Source: Octopus vulgaris (Eukaryota). Taken from it: a stretch of DNA of 64,000 nt. Position 1 is the stretch's first letter; each line of letters starts with the position of its first letter. The position numbers were made by a program, and so were the translations under genes. Shown piece by piece: positions 39,759 to 54,200 of the stretch. The stretch lies in assembly GCA_951406725.2 (NCBI GenBank), contig OX597822.1, positions 55,056,001 to 55,120,000 on the forward strand. Reading direction: 5' to 3'. The notes under the pieces are model-generated. The model searched no databases. It was not told where the DNA came from and saw only the letters and a list, made by a program, of their open reading frames with translations.

Positions 39759-39875
39759 CCAATCATCTTCTACGACAATTAACTCGGCCAGCCAATCAGA
39801 AAACACGGCAGCAAATCTGAAATCTAGTTTGATATTTGAAATTTATTCTGTTCTCATTGAGAAGTCGTTTTGGCG
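39759..39875 (+). promoter_or_regulatory. G2/M-type promoter of MadBub: two CCAAT boxes, CHR, E2F-like site
   Basis: CCAAT at 39759 and 39792 (33 bp apart, both in AGCCAATCA context); TTTGAA at 39835-39840; TTTTGGCG at 39868-39875; CpG retained locally. Confidence 0.65.
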
Positions 39876-39877
39876 AC

Positions 39878-39999
39878 ATGGAATGGGAACTGAGTAAAGA
39901 GAATGTTTTACCACGGAAAAATGGTCGAACAGTTTCACAGCTCGTCTCAGCTTTACAACCCAAAGGAGATCATGCTAGCCAGACTCGTGCTACGAAGCA
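39878..39999 (+). CDS. BUB1: MadBub exon 1 (KEN box)
   Basis: ATG at 39878; MEWELSKENVLPRKNGRTVSQLVSALQPKGDHASQTRATK; donor CA|gtgagt. Confidence 0.93.
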
Positions 40000-42900
40000 G
40001 TGAGTTGTGTGATATTTATTATTGTTGTTTGTTATCGTTGTTTAGCTTCATGTCAGTAATTTGATGGACAGGGCCCTTATGTATGATACGGTCTAAGAAA
40101 TATTTCATTCCAGCCATTACTGTCCTGACTTATTTACTCAGGCATAGTGTAACTAGTTTGGATAATACTAATGCGTTCTGTTTAAAACTTAAATGTAATT
40201 TGAAGTTGTACTTGTTATTTCCATCATGCTTAAGCTGTTACGTTGAGACTTCATTTGGCGGCCGAATTATGGCATTGTTTTCAGAAACAGTTTAAGATGC
40301 AGTTAAGTTGTAACCAGAGTTAAAATAACGGAAAAATATTTGAACAGAAAAATGAGGTAAAAATTTGACAAAAATTGTATGTCGAAGGCTCGACACTCCT
40401 TGGACATTGCCAAATATTGAACGATATATTTAAATGCCCTATATTTAATGCTAAGCTCTAGGTCAGCCTTGATCGAGCAGAATTCTCATCAACTATGATC
40501 AAAAGCATTCGAGTCGTAGCCATCCTATCTTCTTTTCCAGATACGCATTTAAGGCAATCTAATATCCATTTCTAAAACCGTTGTATTTAGGAAAGATCTG
40601 GTTGCTATTTCTAGTTGGTCGAGCAACCACGAAGAAACACTCGTTATCTTGTATTTTTCTCCTTATGTATATATTTAAGTATAAATAAAGATATATCAGC
40701 ATTATAAAAAAAAAATACACATACACATAAAATCATGTGTAAATTTCGAAGTTTGGTAGCAGAGTAGCGGGTTATCTTTCATTCTAGAGTAATTATATTC
40801 TACGATCAAGAATGTAACGGTTTGTGGTTTAAATTTCTACCTTAACCACTATCATAATGCTGCTGTTATATCCAAAGAGCTAAAACTTTTACCAAAATAT
40901 CAAACATGTGTGTTTCTATGTTATATTTTTTAATCTACAGGAAAAAAAATCCTGTAGTTTTCAAAGCCATATACTGAGTAGATTCAGAAATGCCCAAAAG
41001 ATCTCTTCGTTTAATGTACATGATGAAAGGAAAAGAAAATTAGGCATTCTTTCGTTATTCTCTTTTCTCTTTTACTTGTTTCAGTCATTTGACTGCGGCC
41101 ATGCTGGAGCACCGCCTTTAATCGAGCAACACGACCCCGGGACTTATTCTTTTGTAAGCCTAGTACTTATTTCATCGGTCTCTTTTGCCGAACCGCTAAG
41201 TAACGGGGACATAAACACACCAGCATCGGTTGTCAAGCAATGCTAGGGGGACAAACACACACACGCTTATATATATACATATATACGACGGGCTTCTTTC
41301 AGTTTCCGTCTACCAAATCCACTCACAAGGCATTGGTCGGCCCGAGGCTATAGCAGAAGACACTTGCCCAAGATGCCACGCAGTGGGACTGAACCCAGAA
41401 CCATGTGGTTGGTAAACAAGCTACTTACCACACAGCCACTCCTGCGCCTATGTTTATTTTATCTGCCAATTGGGCATTCTTAATTTTCAATAATCAATAT
41501 TACATGAAACAATCAATTTTAATTATCAATATTACATGGGATAAATAAACCCGTTGTACAGTTAATGAATGGTCTTCTTTTTTTGTGAAGTTTTATGCTT
41601 GACACGATATTTACATAATCCACCCAGTGAGCGTACTTGCTTCATTTGTTTCAAGACTCACGTCTCACTACCAAGCAGTATTGCAGCTTATATACAAGCA
41701 TCATATCTTAGTGGGTTTCGTCATTAAATCATTGGCAATACACAATATTAGGTAGGCTGCATGTGAAGGTGAGGATGTTTCCATATTTTTTGATTACCTA
41801 GAACATTTGCACTTAGATGTGCATAACAATTATTTGAATAAAACGGTGCACATGACTGGATGTGATAGTTAAAAGTCCTCATTGCATAAAATATTTAAGT
41901 CATTTATATAAACATCTTGGTTATTAAAACAGAAAGAGTGAGAATATCTTATCACAAAACTGATTGACAGTTCTGTGTAGTACCTCAGGTTCTGCTTGTG
42001 AATTCAGTATCCCAGTTGTTTATAACATTTAGTCAAGCTTCTAGAACCTTTAGTAGAACTATTTGGCAAGAAAATTCACAAAACTTGAGTCTACTGTTTA
42101 TTTAATTACACACCAACTGATCTGCTGGTCTAATCATGTTCATGTAGGTGTTAATTCCTTTTATGGTAATACAGTAGTTAATTTCTTGTAGCTGGCCTTG
42201 ATTTTTTTTATAGTAATATAGTAAGGCTACAGTCATGAACTGGAAAATCTGAATGAAATGCTTCAAACCTCATCAATAGCTTCACTGCAATAACCCTTGT
42301 CACCAGCAGAGGTAATGAATTCCTGAACTATTTTTTAAGCTGTTCTTATTCTGCTTGCTATACCTTTTGAATACTCAAGAAAATCATGCCACCACACTTA
42401 ACAGTATGCTTGGAGTTGAGACTGAAAAAGTAAACATCGAAAAATTGATTAACTACTGTGTAATTAAATAAACAATAGACTTAAGTTTTGTGAATTTTCG
42501 TAACAAATAGCTCTACTGAAGGTTTTAGAAGCTTGACTAAATTGATTAATTTTAGCAAACACCTGTTTATAGCTGACTCATAAATAAATACAAATAGTCT
42601 GAAGATAAGTTTTCTGGTATGTTCTCGTGCCAGGCCATGGGCCAAAGTTTTTGCTGATGTTAAGTGTAATATATTGCTTAAACTGAAGATCACAGTGATA
42701 AGAAACTAGAAGTATGAAACACAGGAATGCATATGTCTGGTATAGGCAATAACAGGAATTCAAAACAGGATGCCCCTGGGAGCTCCTCTATGCTGACGAC
42801 TTTGCTCTAATTGCTGAGTTACTATCAGAACTAGAGAAGTTTCAGGTGTGGAAATAAGGATTAGAATTGAAAGGCCTGAGAGTCATCCTAGCTAAAACCA

Positions 42901-45236
42901 AAGTCTTAATAAGTAGGATGGCAGACAAACCACATATCCCTTCAGGTAGATGGCCCTCCTCGATCTGTAGAAAAGGCATAGGTAGAAACTCTGTAAGATG
43001 TACCCAGTGTAAGCTATGGACACATAAGAGGTGCAGCAATATCAAAGGAAGGTTAACTGGGAAGATAGTTTTTGTATGTGGCAGATGCTCAGGAGCAATA
43101 AACTGAAAATGTGCAGAGAACAACTTCCGCCACATTCCAGGGAGAAAAACTAGAAGTAGTTGATAGCTTCCGTTACCTAGGTGACAAAGTCAGTAGCGGG
43201 GGAGGGTGTGCTGAAAGTGTAGCTGCTAGAATAAGAATAGCCTGGGCAAAGTTCAGAGAGCTCTTACCTCTGCTGATGACAAAGGGCCTCTTGCTCAGAG
43301 TAAAGGGTAGACTGTATGACACGTGTACGAACAGCCATGCTACATGGCAGTGAAACATGAGCTGTGACTACTGAGGACATGCGTAAGCTGGCAAGGAATG
43401 AAGCCAGTATGCTCCGATGGATGTGTAATGTCAGTGTGCATACACGACAGAGTGTAAGTGCCTTGAGAGAAAACTTGGATATAAGAAGCATCAGATGTGG
43501 TGTGCAAGAGAGACGACTGCGCTGGTATGGTCATGTGGCAAGAATGGATGAGGATAACTGTGTCAAAAAGTGCCACATCCTAGCAGTTGAGGGGAATCTG
43601 TGGAAGAGGTAGACCCAGGAAGACCTGAGATGAAGTGGTGAAGCATGACCTTCGAACATTAGGCCTCACCGAAGCAATGACTAGTGACCGAGACCTTTGG
43701 AAATATGCTGTGCTTGAGAAGACCTGGCAAGGAAAGTGAGACCATAACCGTGTGGCCTATGCCAGGGGTGTAACCAGCTCACTTATACATACCTTTCCTT
43801 CATTGGACACTGAACTCTGCTTGTGAAGACCTGTTGAGGCAAGTGAAATCAAAATCAAATTCGATGACTGGATTCCATGCTAGTGGAGTGCTAAGAGCAC
43901 CATCTGAGCATGATCATTAACAGAGCAGCTAACTGGCTTCCATGCTGGTGGCACATAAAAAGCACCATTCAAGCGTGATCGTTTCCAGCGTTACCCTACT
44001 GGCACGTGAAAAAACATTCGAGCAAGGTCGTTGCCAGTGCCACTGGACTGGCTCCTGTGCAGGTGTCACGTAAAAAACACCATTTGAGCATAGCCGCTGC
44101 CAGTACCAACCGACTGGCCTTCATGCTGGTGGCACATAAAAAATCACTCACTACACTCTCGGAGTGGTTGGCGTTAGGAGGAGCATCCAGTTGTAGAAAC
44201 TCTGCCAGATCAGATTGGAGTTGGTGCAGCCATCTGGTTCGCCAGTCCTCTGTCAAATCATCCAACCCATGCTAGCATGGAAAGCGGACGTTAAACGATG
44301 ATGATTTAAGTCTATGGAATCATACAGTTGTCAGTTCGAACCAATAAGAATATCTTGATATAGTTGCTTCACCTGCTAGAAATAGCATCTAAGTTTCCCT
44401 CGTTCACCCTACTGTCTTTAAGATGGACACACTGGATAACGCAGTCTGAGGTACATTATTCATAGACAAAAGGATGTTATCATAGCTGGGTTACCTTTGA
44501 TTATAGGTGAAATTGTATCAATTAGGATCAAATTGGGATAAACAGTAGTAACTAGTGGTTACTTGGAAGTTGTGATCAGGAAAATTCTCCAACCTGTGAC
44601 TGCCCTGCATTTTTGTATGGTTATCTTGAACTAAATTCTCTAAAATATCCCTGGGAGTAAGATATGTTATCTGAGGTAAATTTGATTGCTATTTCTAACA
44701 ATATATGTAAGTGATTTTAAAACTAAGAAATATCTGATCCATAGCTCCCCTAAAAACATATCAGTAAATTTTTTTTGCCTGCCCTTCTCATTAATGAAGA
44801 TTTAGCAGTCTTTCTCATTATGTTGGACAAGTTAGTGTTCACATTATTCTACCAAAATTAATCCTTTTTTATCCACATTGCCTTGAACCAATCAGGCATT
44901 ATCTAGGAGCTATGAGATTCTGATGAGGTAGCTGTTAATTTTTAAAATGATATTGTAGGGCTGGTGTGAGGGACCAAATCTGGCCAGTTTGAACATAAAA
45001 CAGGCAGAATACTTTTGGCCGAATATGGCCGGTTTAAATGCTAAAGGGTTAAAAAGTTGAAAACCATTGCAATTTTATTAAATGCTGCATTTAATGGAAT
45101 GGGCTAAGATGTTTGCTCCCCAGCCACATAATTTCAGGTTCAGTCTCACTGTATGGCTCCTTGGTGGGAGTGTCTTATACAGTTGACCAAAGCCTTATGA
45201 GTGGATTTGGTGAAAGATAACTGATAGAAGACTGTT

Positions 45237-45290
<54 letters not shown>

Positions 45291-48200
45291 GTATATATAG
45301 GCGCAGGAGTGACTGTGTGGTAAGTAGCTTGCTTACCAACCACATGGTTCTGGGTTCAGACCCACAGCATGGCACCTTGGGCAAGTGTCTTCTATAGCCT
45401 CGGGCCGACCAAAGTCTTGTGAGTGGATTTGGTAGATGGAAACTGTCGTGTATATATATATATATATGTTTGTGTGTCTGTGTTGCCCCCCTCCCCCAAC
45501 ATCGCTTGACAACCGATGCTGGTGTGTTTGCGTCCCTGTAAGTTAGCGGTTTGGGAAAAGAGACCGATGGTATAAGTACTAGGCTTGCAAAGAATAAGTC
45601 CTGGGGTCGATTTGCTCAACTAAGGGCAGTGCTCCAGCATGGCCACAATCAAATGACTGAAACAAGTAAAAGAGTAAAGAGTATGTATATATATGTGTGT
45701 GTGCGTATATATATTTGTGTATGTGTCTGTCTCTCACTATCACTTGAAAATCCATCTTTCTTGGCAAAAGTGACCGTTTGAACAAATACTGGGGTTGAAT
45801 TGTTTGAAGTTCTTGAAGGCAGTGCCCCTGTATGGCAGCTGTCCAATGACTGAAACAAACAAAAGAAAGATAAAAAGTGACAATTGGTGTGCACCCTTTT
45901 CAATCCTCCTAGTCCCTCCAACTCTATCATGAGAAACACTGCTGGGGAGGAAAAAAAACTTCACGATGCAGTATGTTAGTATTATTTGATGTAATTATAC
46001 TTCCATTGAGTTATGTTGATATTAAGTCTCTTTGATCCTGAATATTAGCCAACATATTGAAACTTTTCTGTGTGTGTCTTTACAGGCAATTCGACACTCC
46101 TTGGACATTGCCAAATATTGAACAATATGTTTAGAAATGAAGATATATTTAAATGTTTTGTCCTATATTTAATGCTAAGCTCTAGGTTAGCCTTGATCAA
46201 GCAGAGTTCTGATCAACTATGATCAAAAGCATTCGAGTTGTAGCCATCCCATCTTCTTCTCCAGATATGCATTTAAGGCAATCTAATGTCCATTTCTAAA
46301 ACCGTTGGATTTAGGAAAAATCTGGTTGCTATTTCTAGTAGGTCGAGCAACCATGAAGAAACACTCGTTATCTTATATTTTTCTCCTAATGTATATATTT
46401 AAGTATAAATAAGGATGTATATTGAAACTTTACTCTGTTTGTCTTTACAGGCAATTTGAAGAAGAATTAAGAACATACCAGGGTAATGACCCCTTAGATA
46501 TTTGGTTCAGGTTTGTATATTTTTTTGTTATTCTCCTTCTCTTCCAACTAGAGTTACCAATGTCTCCCCTACACCTGTTCCCTGACATACTTTAAGCATC
46601 TTGTCACTTGACATTAACCCTTTCGTTACCAAACCGCCCAAAGCCGCCCGAAAAAAATTTTGGTTTATGAGACCAAACCGCCCGAATTTACCTATTCATA
46701 TTTAAATGAGAATATCAGAGCAAATCTCTTCAGTACATTCGTGAAAACACGTATTATACTTCGTAAACAGTTCAACTACAGTTTTGTACAATAATCGAAG
46801 TGTAATTTTAATTCCGTGAATTTTGGGAGATTTTTTTCCGAAATTTGTTCCTATTGTGTTTTCAAAATTTGTAATTCTGACAAAAAATGGATACGAATTT
46901 CATTATATCAAGCAGCGAGTCAGAATTCGAAGGATTTTCTACTGAAGACCTTCATAAATCTAACTCTATGACTGAAAAAAAAAAGCATGTGGTATTTGAT
47001 AATGAATCTGATGTTTCATTTTCCGAAAGTGAAAACAGTGAATCTGAGATCTCCGATAGCGATAAAGAAAACGAATTGGCACCTGAATGGAGTGAAAATT
47101 TAAAAACTGTTTCTTTCGGTGATTTTTCTGAAGAAACTGGACCAAGCCACAGACTTTCCCAGAAGAGTAAAGCCTTAGACTATTTCTTTTTACTTTTTCG
47201 AATGAGCCTATTTGAAATCATTATGGCAGAAACAAACCGTTACGCTAAACGTAAACAAAGCGAAAGAAAGGATAGTTTGTGGTTTCCCACAACCTTAAAT
47301 GAAATTAAGACTATTTTGCCATAAATATTATTATGGTTATCAGAAAGTTACCCAGAATAACAAATTCTATCGTAAAATTTTGTTGTATACCCAATTGAAT
47401 ATTAGCTAATAACCCATTTTCTATAGCGATGTTTGAACAAAATTTTAATAATTTTATATTTTGTGGAATTTACCTGTATCTACCTGCAATTAGAATCACT
47501 TTGTGACAAAAATTATAGTATAGAATTGGTTGAGAATATTTCATTAAATTATCTTCCAAAAATCAGATTAATATATTGATAAATAAAAAAGTTATAGTTG
47601 TTTAATGAAACCAGACTAAATTTATGATTACGTTAGAAATTAATTGAAACACATAAGAGGTGTAATTTGGTCAGAAATATAGTAACGAAAGGGTTAAGCC
47701 ACTTCACTCATTACTGCTCCCTTACTTTAGGTGAGGTGTATTGTCTTGCAAAGTTACTTGGCTAACCCCACTAGTGCCAGTACTATGTAAAATGCACCCA
47801 CTACACTGTCTAAAATTGTTGGTACTAGAAGGGTATCTGGCTTGGTGCAGTCCTCCAGGTTGCCAACCCCTATTGTACCATCCAAACCCATACCAGCATG
47901 TAAAATGGACATTGAATTATGATGGATATTCTTAGTTCAATATCTTCTCTCTGTATACATATTTTTGTATGTTATTATATAAATTTAATTTGTAATCCCT
48001 GACATTAATCTTTTCCTCTGTCCCTATCACATTCTCTCTCTCTCACAGCAGTCAACTGTTCCTCTCATCATGCTCTACTCTCACACCACCTTGCTCTAAA
48101 TCATCTCTCTCTCTCTCTTCCTTTCAGTTGCAGGGAGCACCATTTGACACTCTTTATTCTTGCAAGTTACAAGGCAAACACTTTTGCCATAAAAAAGAAA

Positions 48201-51200
48201 ACATTCAGTACACTCTCTACAGTGGTATTAGGGAGGGCATTGAGCCAGAAACCTTGCCAAAACTGAAACATTGGTGCATAGTATAGTCCTCCAATTTGGA
48301 AAGCAGGCATAAAATGATGCTGATGATCATCACATATTATCACTCATATTTAATGTCATTACTAAATTTGGCATTGTGGTTTTACTACAATATTTTGGTG
48401 AAGCTGCTTGGAATGATGGTGTTGACTGGTTTTACTCTTGTTTTGGGTCACCAAGATTCTCTCTCACAAGCTACCAAATATTAGTATCAAAGAGTTACTT
48501 ACAAAAACGTAAACAAAATTGTGCTAGCACAACTCATTTACATAATAGTACAGAACTGAAGGACAGATATTTCAGTGATAATAATATACATAGGGATATG
48601 ATTGTGTGTGTGTGTATATATAAATATATAATTTTAAGCACAGGCATACTGTGTGGTATGAAGTTTGCTTACCAACCACATGGTTCCAGGTTCAGTCTCA
48701 CTGCATGACACCTTGGGCAAGTGTCTTCTACTATATAGCCTTGGGCCAACTAAAGTCTTGTGAGTGGATTTGGTAGACAGAAACTAAAAGAAGCCTGATG
48801 TGTGTGTATCATTGTGTCTGTTTGTCCACCACCACTGCTTGACAAATGGTGTTAGTGTGTTCATGTCCCTGTAACTTAGTGGTTTGACAAAAGTGACTGA
48901 TAAAATATCAAGCTTAAAAAAAGTTAAGTACTGGGGTCAATCCAGTCAACTAAAACTACTGACTGAAACAAGTAAAAGATAAATGATATATACATGTATA
49001 TATGTTGTGTGGATGTGTGTATGTATACAAAAATGAAAAGATGGATAAAACTGTTGAAATGGTTTGTAATTACTTTCATTCCTTATGCAACACAAACACT
49101 TTAGATTGATATATTTATTACTGTATCATAGAATGTATGGATCATTGTAATATTGTTTATTAATTGTTTGCTATGACTTTTTAATGTTGAAAACCTGTTT
49201 TATCCCTTCACTGATTCTGTTTCTTCTTTTTAGGTATATCACATGGATGGAAGAAACCAACCCACAGGGTGGGAAGGATCTTCCCTCTCTGCTCAGAAGC
49301 TGTTTGTTAACATTTTCTGAACTGGACAAGTACAAGAATGATCCAAGATATGTTGAAATCTGGGTGAAATTTGTAAGTAAATTAAGTGGCATCAAGCAAA
49401 ATTATATTTTGGTATTTTGTTTTGTATTGGTTATCTCCCCTTTATCGATTGGTTATCTTTCACCTTTATTCTCCTCTGAGGTTAATAGAATTAATACAAA
49501 TATTCTCCACGTTTGTGAAAGATTGCATTCAAGAAAATCTTGCTATAACATTGAGTTCCAAAAGGTTAAACATATTTTCCTGTTTAACCCTTTAGCATTG
49601 TTTTGAATTAATCATGCATTATCTTGTAGCTTTGAGATTTTGATAAGGGTACTGTTAATTTTTTAGAATGATATTGTAGGGCTTGTGTGAGAGGCTGGAT
49701 CTGGTTAGTTTGAGCATAAAATAGAAAGAATATTTTGGCTAGATATGGCCAGCTAAACCCTTTAGAATTCAGATTATTCTATCAAATGTAATATTATTCA
49801 CATTTTCTAAAATTACTCCTATAGTATCTTGTAGCTTTGATATTTCGATGATATAATTGTTTATTTTTAGAATGACATTGCAGAGTGGGTGTGAGAGGCC
49901 TGATCTAGTCAGTCTTAGTATAAAACGGGTAGAATATTTGGGCTGGATATGGTTGGTTTAAATGCTAATGGGTTTATGACTGCCATGATAGAAGAGATTC
50001 AGTGATAAAATAAGGTTTCACATGGCAAAACTCCACATTAGGACCAAGTTATTTAGGAGTACAAAATTTCTGCAACATGATTGCATGTATATATCTCTGA
50101 TAAACTTTTGAAGTCATTTAAATTGAAAGAAATGAAGGTGTTGCCCAGTATGTTACCATATTTATTTTGAGATGCTTTGTGTTTCTTTCAGTTATCTTAA
50201 ATATAACAAAGAATTTAGTAAAATAACTTAGCTATCATTAAGCTAGTGTTAGGAACATAAATTGTGACTAAGGTTTGGTGGAAGATTTCAATTCAAAACT
50301 TATGGAAGCAAGTGTACTACAGAGCCAGTTTCAGCCAGGTTGTTAATGAAAGGGTTAAACTAAAACTAGTAAAATTTAAGCACCCTGAAGAACTTAGTAA
50401 CTTTTGAATGAAATGTTAAAAATAAATGATAATTAGAAAGTTAATTTTTCCAACATTTAATAATTTTCCATAAAAATATTTTTGTTCTTTTCTTCTGCTT
50501 TTCTTTCAAAGGCCAATCTATATGACAATCCAATATTGTTGTATGAACATATGTTTGGTAAAGGAATTGGTTCTCAGAATGCAATGTTTTATGAATCCTG
50601 GGCCAGTGCGTATGAACTCCTAGGAAATAGCAGAAAAGCGGATGCCATCTACAGTGAAGGTATAAGACTGAAAGCGGAGCCCTTCAATTACTTACAAAGA
50701 CAACACTAGTAAGTATTAAAGGTGTTTCTTGGAGCACTCTTGTCTACTAACATGTAACATAGGGTTCCTCTGAATTGCCTTCTACTCACTCCAACCCATT
50801 GTCCTTATCACACTGATTCTTTCTCACAAACCCTTGACATTAAACTTCCTCTTTTCCTTCTATTGTTTTCTTCTCTGTTTGTCTCACCTAGCACTCTTTC
50901 ACAATAATAAACCTGTTCCTCCTATCATATTTTAACATCTTAACATTTCACTGAGCCCTTTTGATATCGTCTTACCTGAGACTTCCTCTGTTTTTAGGAA
51001 TCAAACTTCCTGTTTTAGCCCTTTCGCTACTGTATTGATTTTGACATTATCTGTGTTTCTCTCAATGATTTTAGATATAACAAAGAATTTAGTAAAATAA
51101 CTTAGTTATTATTAAGCTAATGTTAGGAATATAAATTGTGACTAAGGTTTGGTGGAAGATTTTAATTCAAAACTTATGAAAACAAGACATTTCTACTACA

Positions 51201-54200
51201 GAGCCAGACCGGTATCGAAAGGGTTAAGGTGGTGTAAATTAAAAACTGCCACAAAAATTTCATGCTAATTTGTTCCAAATATCACTCTTATAATGGTTTC
51301 AAATTTTGGCACAGGGCCAGCAATTTTAGGGGAGGGGTAAGTTGGTTACATTGACCTCAGTATTTAACTGGAACTTATTTTATTTACCCTGAAGGGATGA
51401 AACATAAAGTCTACCTCAGCAGGATTTGAACTCAGAATATGAAGATGGATGAAATGCTGCTAAGTATTTTGACCAGTGCACTATTTTGCCAATTTACTGC
51501 CTTACATCATTCTTATAATGAGTTAATACAGTTCTATATTTCGGAATGAGAATCCAGGTTTGAAATTTCCTCAAGGCACCTGATGAAGGCTGGAGAGTAT
51601 ATCAGCCGAAACATGTTAACAATAAACAAGATGAGGACAAATACCCATCGAATGTAAATAATGTTATAATGAGTTATTTTCATAAATTCTTCATTATTTT
51701 CAAAGTTTATTGACATGAAAGAAGTGAATCTTTCTCTCAGGTGTGTAGTGCACTCTGTTAAATGGTTTGGTGACTTGAGTAAAAACATTGCAGAGATGCC
51801 ATGAAAATAACACCTAATGCACTCTTTAAAATAGTTTGGTAAATTAAGCAGAAACATTGCAGTTGATCAGTGGACTCTTTCGTTTTAGATAGGTTAAGAC
51901 AAACTCTTTAAAACTAGGCATGGTTTTATGATCAAGAAGTTTGTTTAGTATCTGGGTGGTTTCATATTTGATCACACTATACAGCATCTTGGGCAATTGT
52001 CTCCTCCTATAGCCTTGGGTTGACTAAAAATCTGCAAGTAGAATGTGCCTGTGGAAGTTTACCTGAGGAATTGTTCCTGTTCTTGAGTCCCCATCTTTGT
52101 TTTAACATCCACTTTTCCATGTGTGCACCTGTGCTGGTAGTATGTAAAAAGTATCCCGCACACTGTATAGCGGTTGGCATTACAGTTTGCATGTCAACTG
52201 TTTACAGTTGACACACAATGTCAGGACTAGGATAGACGGGAACACATACATATGACACTTCTTTTAGTTTTTGTCTTCCAAATCTATTCTTGAATCTTTG
52301 GTCAGCCAGTGGTTAAAATTGAAGGCACTTGCCCAAGGTGCCATGCAGTAGGACTGAACCTGAGACCATATGGTTGAAATGCAAGTTTCTTAGTTTCTAC
52401 CTATCCACCAATGCACCCCTCCCTCTCACACTCCTCTGCTCAAGCAGTTTTGTATCCCAAAACTACATATTTTCTCATTTTATCGTTGTATTGTATTTCA
52501 GTGAATTTCAAAGTCGCATAATTCTTGGCCAGATGAAAAATGCTTCCCTGGCTGATAAAGACTCTGTGGATGCTATTGAGGCTGAAGGCAGAGCCGCTTT
52601 TATGAGTTTGAAGAGCAATGGGAAGAAAACTTCAGCAATTAGGCCCCATGGTCCCCAACCTACTAAAAGTAAATCACTCCTTTATTCTTTATTTTCTCTA
52701 AACTTCATGAATGTGTAGTTTTGAAATTGATGAAGTAATTAGGTGATGAGAATATTTTTAAATGTTTTTTTCTTTTGCTTTGTTTTTGTTAAATGACTAA
52801 GTGGAATTAACTAGAATCACTTGAGACATTGAAGAAACCATTATATTGTTGCTTGGCTTACAAGAAATATCATCCACATCCCCTTAGAATTATGTCCTGA
52901 GTGAAAAAAAAAAAAAAAAAAAAAACATTGGACAGTTTGGTCCCTAATATACAAAAAAAAAACAGAGGCACATAGATAAACTGCTTAATTCCATCAAGCC
53001 AAGTGAAATCTTAGTCGTAGCTTATTCCAGTGTCACATATCTGGCACCTGTGCTGGTGGCACTTAAAATGCTCCCTTTGAACTTTGGGCCTCATTGAAGC
53101 AGTGACAAGTGACCAAGACCTTTGGCAATATACAATACTTGAGAAGACCTGTCAAGCCAAGTGAAATCACAGTTGTAGCTGATGCTGGTGTTTTATAATT
53201 GCCACATAAAAAAAGCACCCATTACACTCTTGCATGGGTGGTGTTAGGAAGGGCATCCAGCAGTTGAAACCTGGTGCAGCTCCCTAGCTTATCAGTTTTC
53301 AGTCAAATTGTCCAACCCACACCAGCATGGAAAATGGATGTTAAATGATGATGATGAAATTAGGGTTGATCAACAACAATAATTCCACCCTCTAATATTC
53401 ATTAATTAAGTCACAGTTTATATTTATATTATCCTAGCAGTATAGCCCAGCGTTGCTCGGGTTTGTTTTCTTTTCGACCCTTTAAAATTGGAATTTTTGA
53501 AAAGTAAGAATTTTGCATTATGTAGCTTGTTGTTCTCTTTAAGTGAACATTTTTCTGGTTGAAATACACTGAAAAATGGCGACAAAGCAGTAAAAAAATC
53601 GTTAAAAATTTGTATTTTCATAGAAAAAAAGCACCTTTTTGATGTAAATAATTTTTGGTCTTAATATGGTCCGATTTTAATTTTTTCTTCTATGAAATGA
53701 AGAGCAAGCCTTCTTCTATCATACTCTCAATTTTGGTCAACTTGCGCTGCAGGGTCTCGGAGGAGATAGTGTTAGTTGAAGGCTACCAAACCTGTCACAC
53801 ACACAGACAACTTCAGCTTTATATATATAGATTTTGTAGGTTTCTTATTACAATTAGAACAAGATTTCATAGCTCATTTGTAATATTAATGTTAAGACTG
53901 TTGTTTTAGAGTGTGTATGTGCACGTTGTGCATATACTGGTGCTGGATTATTCATTTCACCCAATAGGACATAATTTTCAGAGGATGTGGCTTTTATTTC
54001 TTGTAAGTTGAGCAACAGTATAATGGCTTCTCCAATGGCTCAAGAGATTCTTGTTTGTTCCACTTAGTCATTTAACAAAAACAAAGCAAAAAAAGAAATG
54101 TTTTGAAGTACATTTTCTCATCACCTAATCCTGCATGGCCACAGTCAGATGACTAAAACAAATAACACACACTTACACACATGCACACATATACTCATAT

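Noticed and set aside
43870-44150. Regularly spaced gctggtggcac(g/a)taaaaa repeats resembling a CRISPR array
   Set aside because: Tandem subrepeats of the RTE 3' UTR in a eukaryote; spacers are related to each other and there are no cas genes.
45300-45375. tRNA-like sequence
   Set aside because: SINE head followed by SINE body; no intact cloverleaf.
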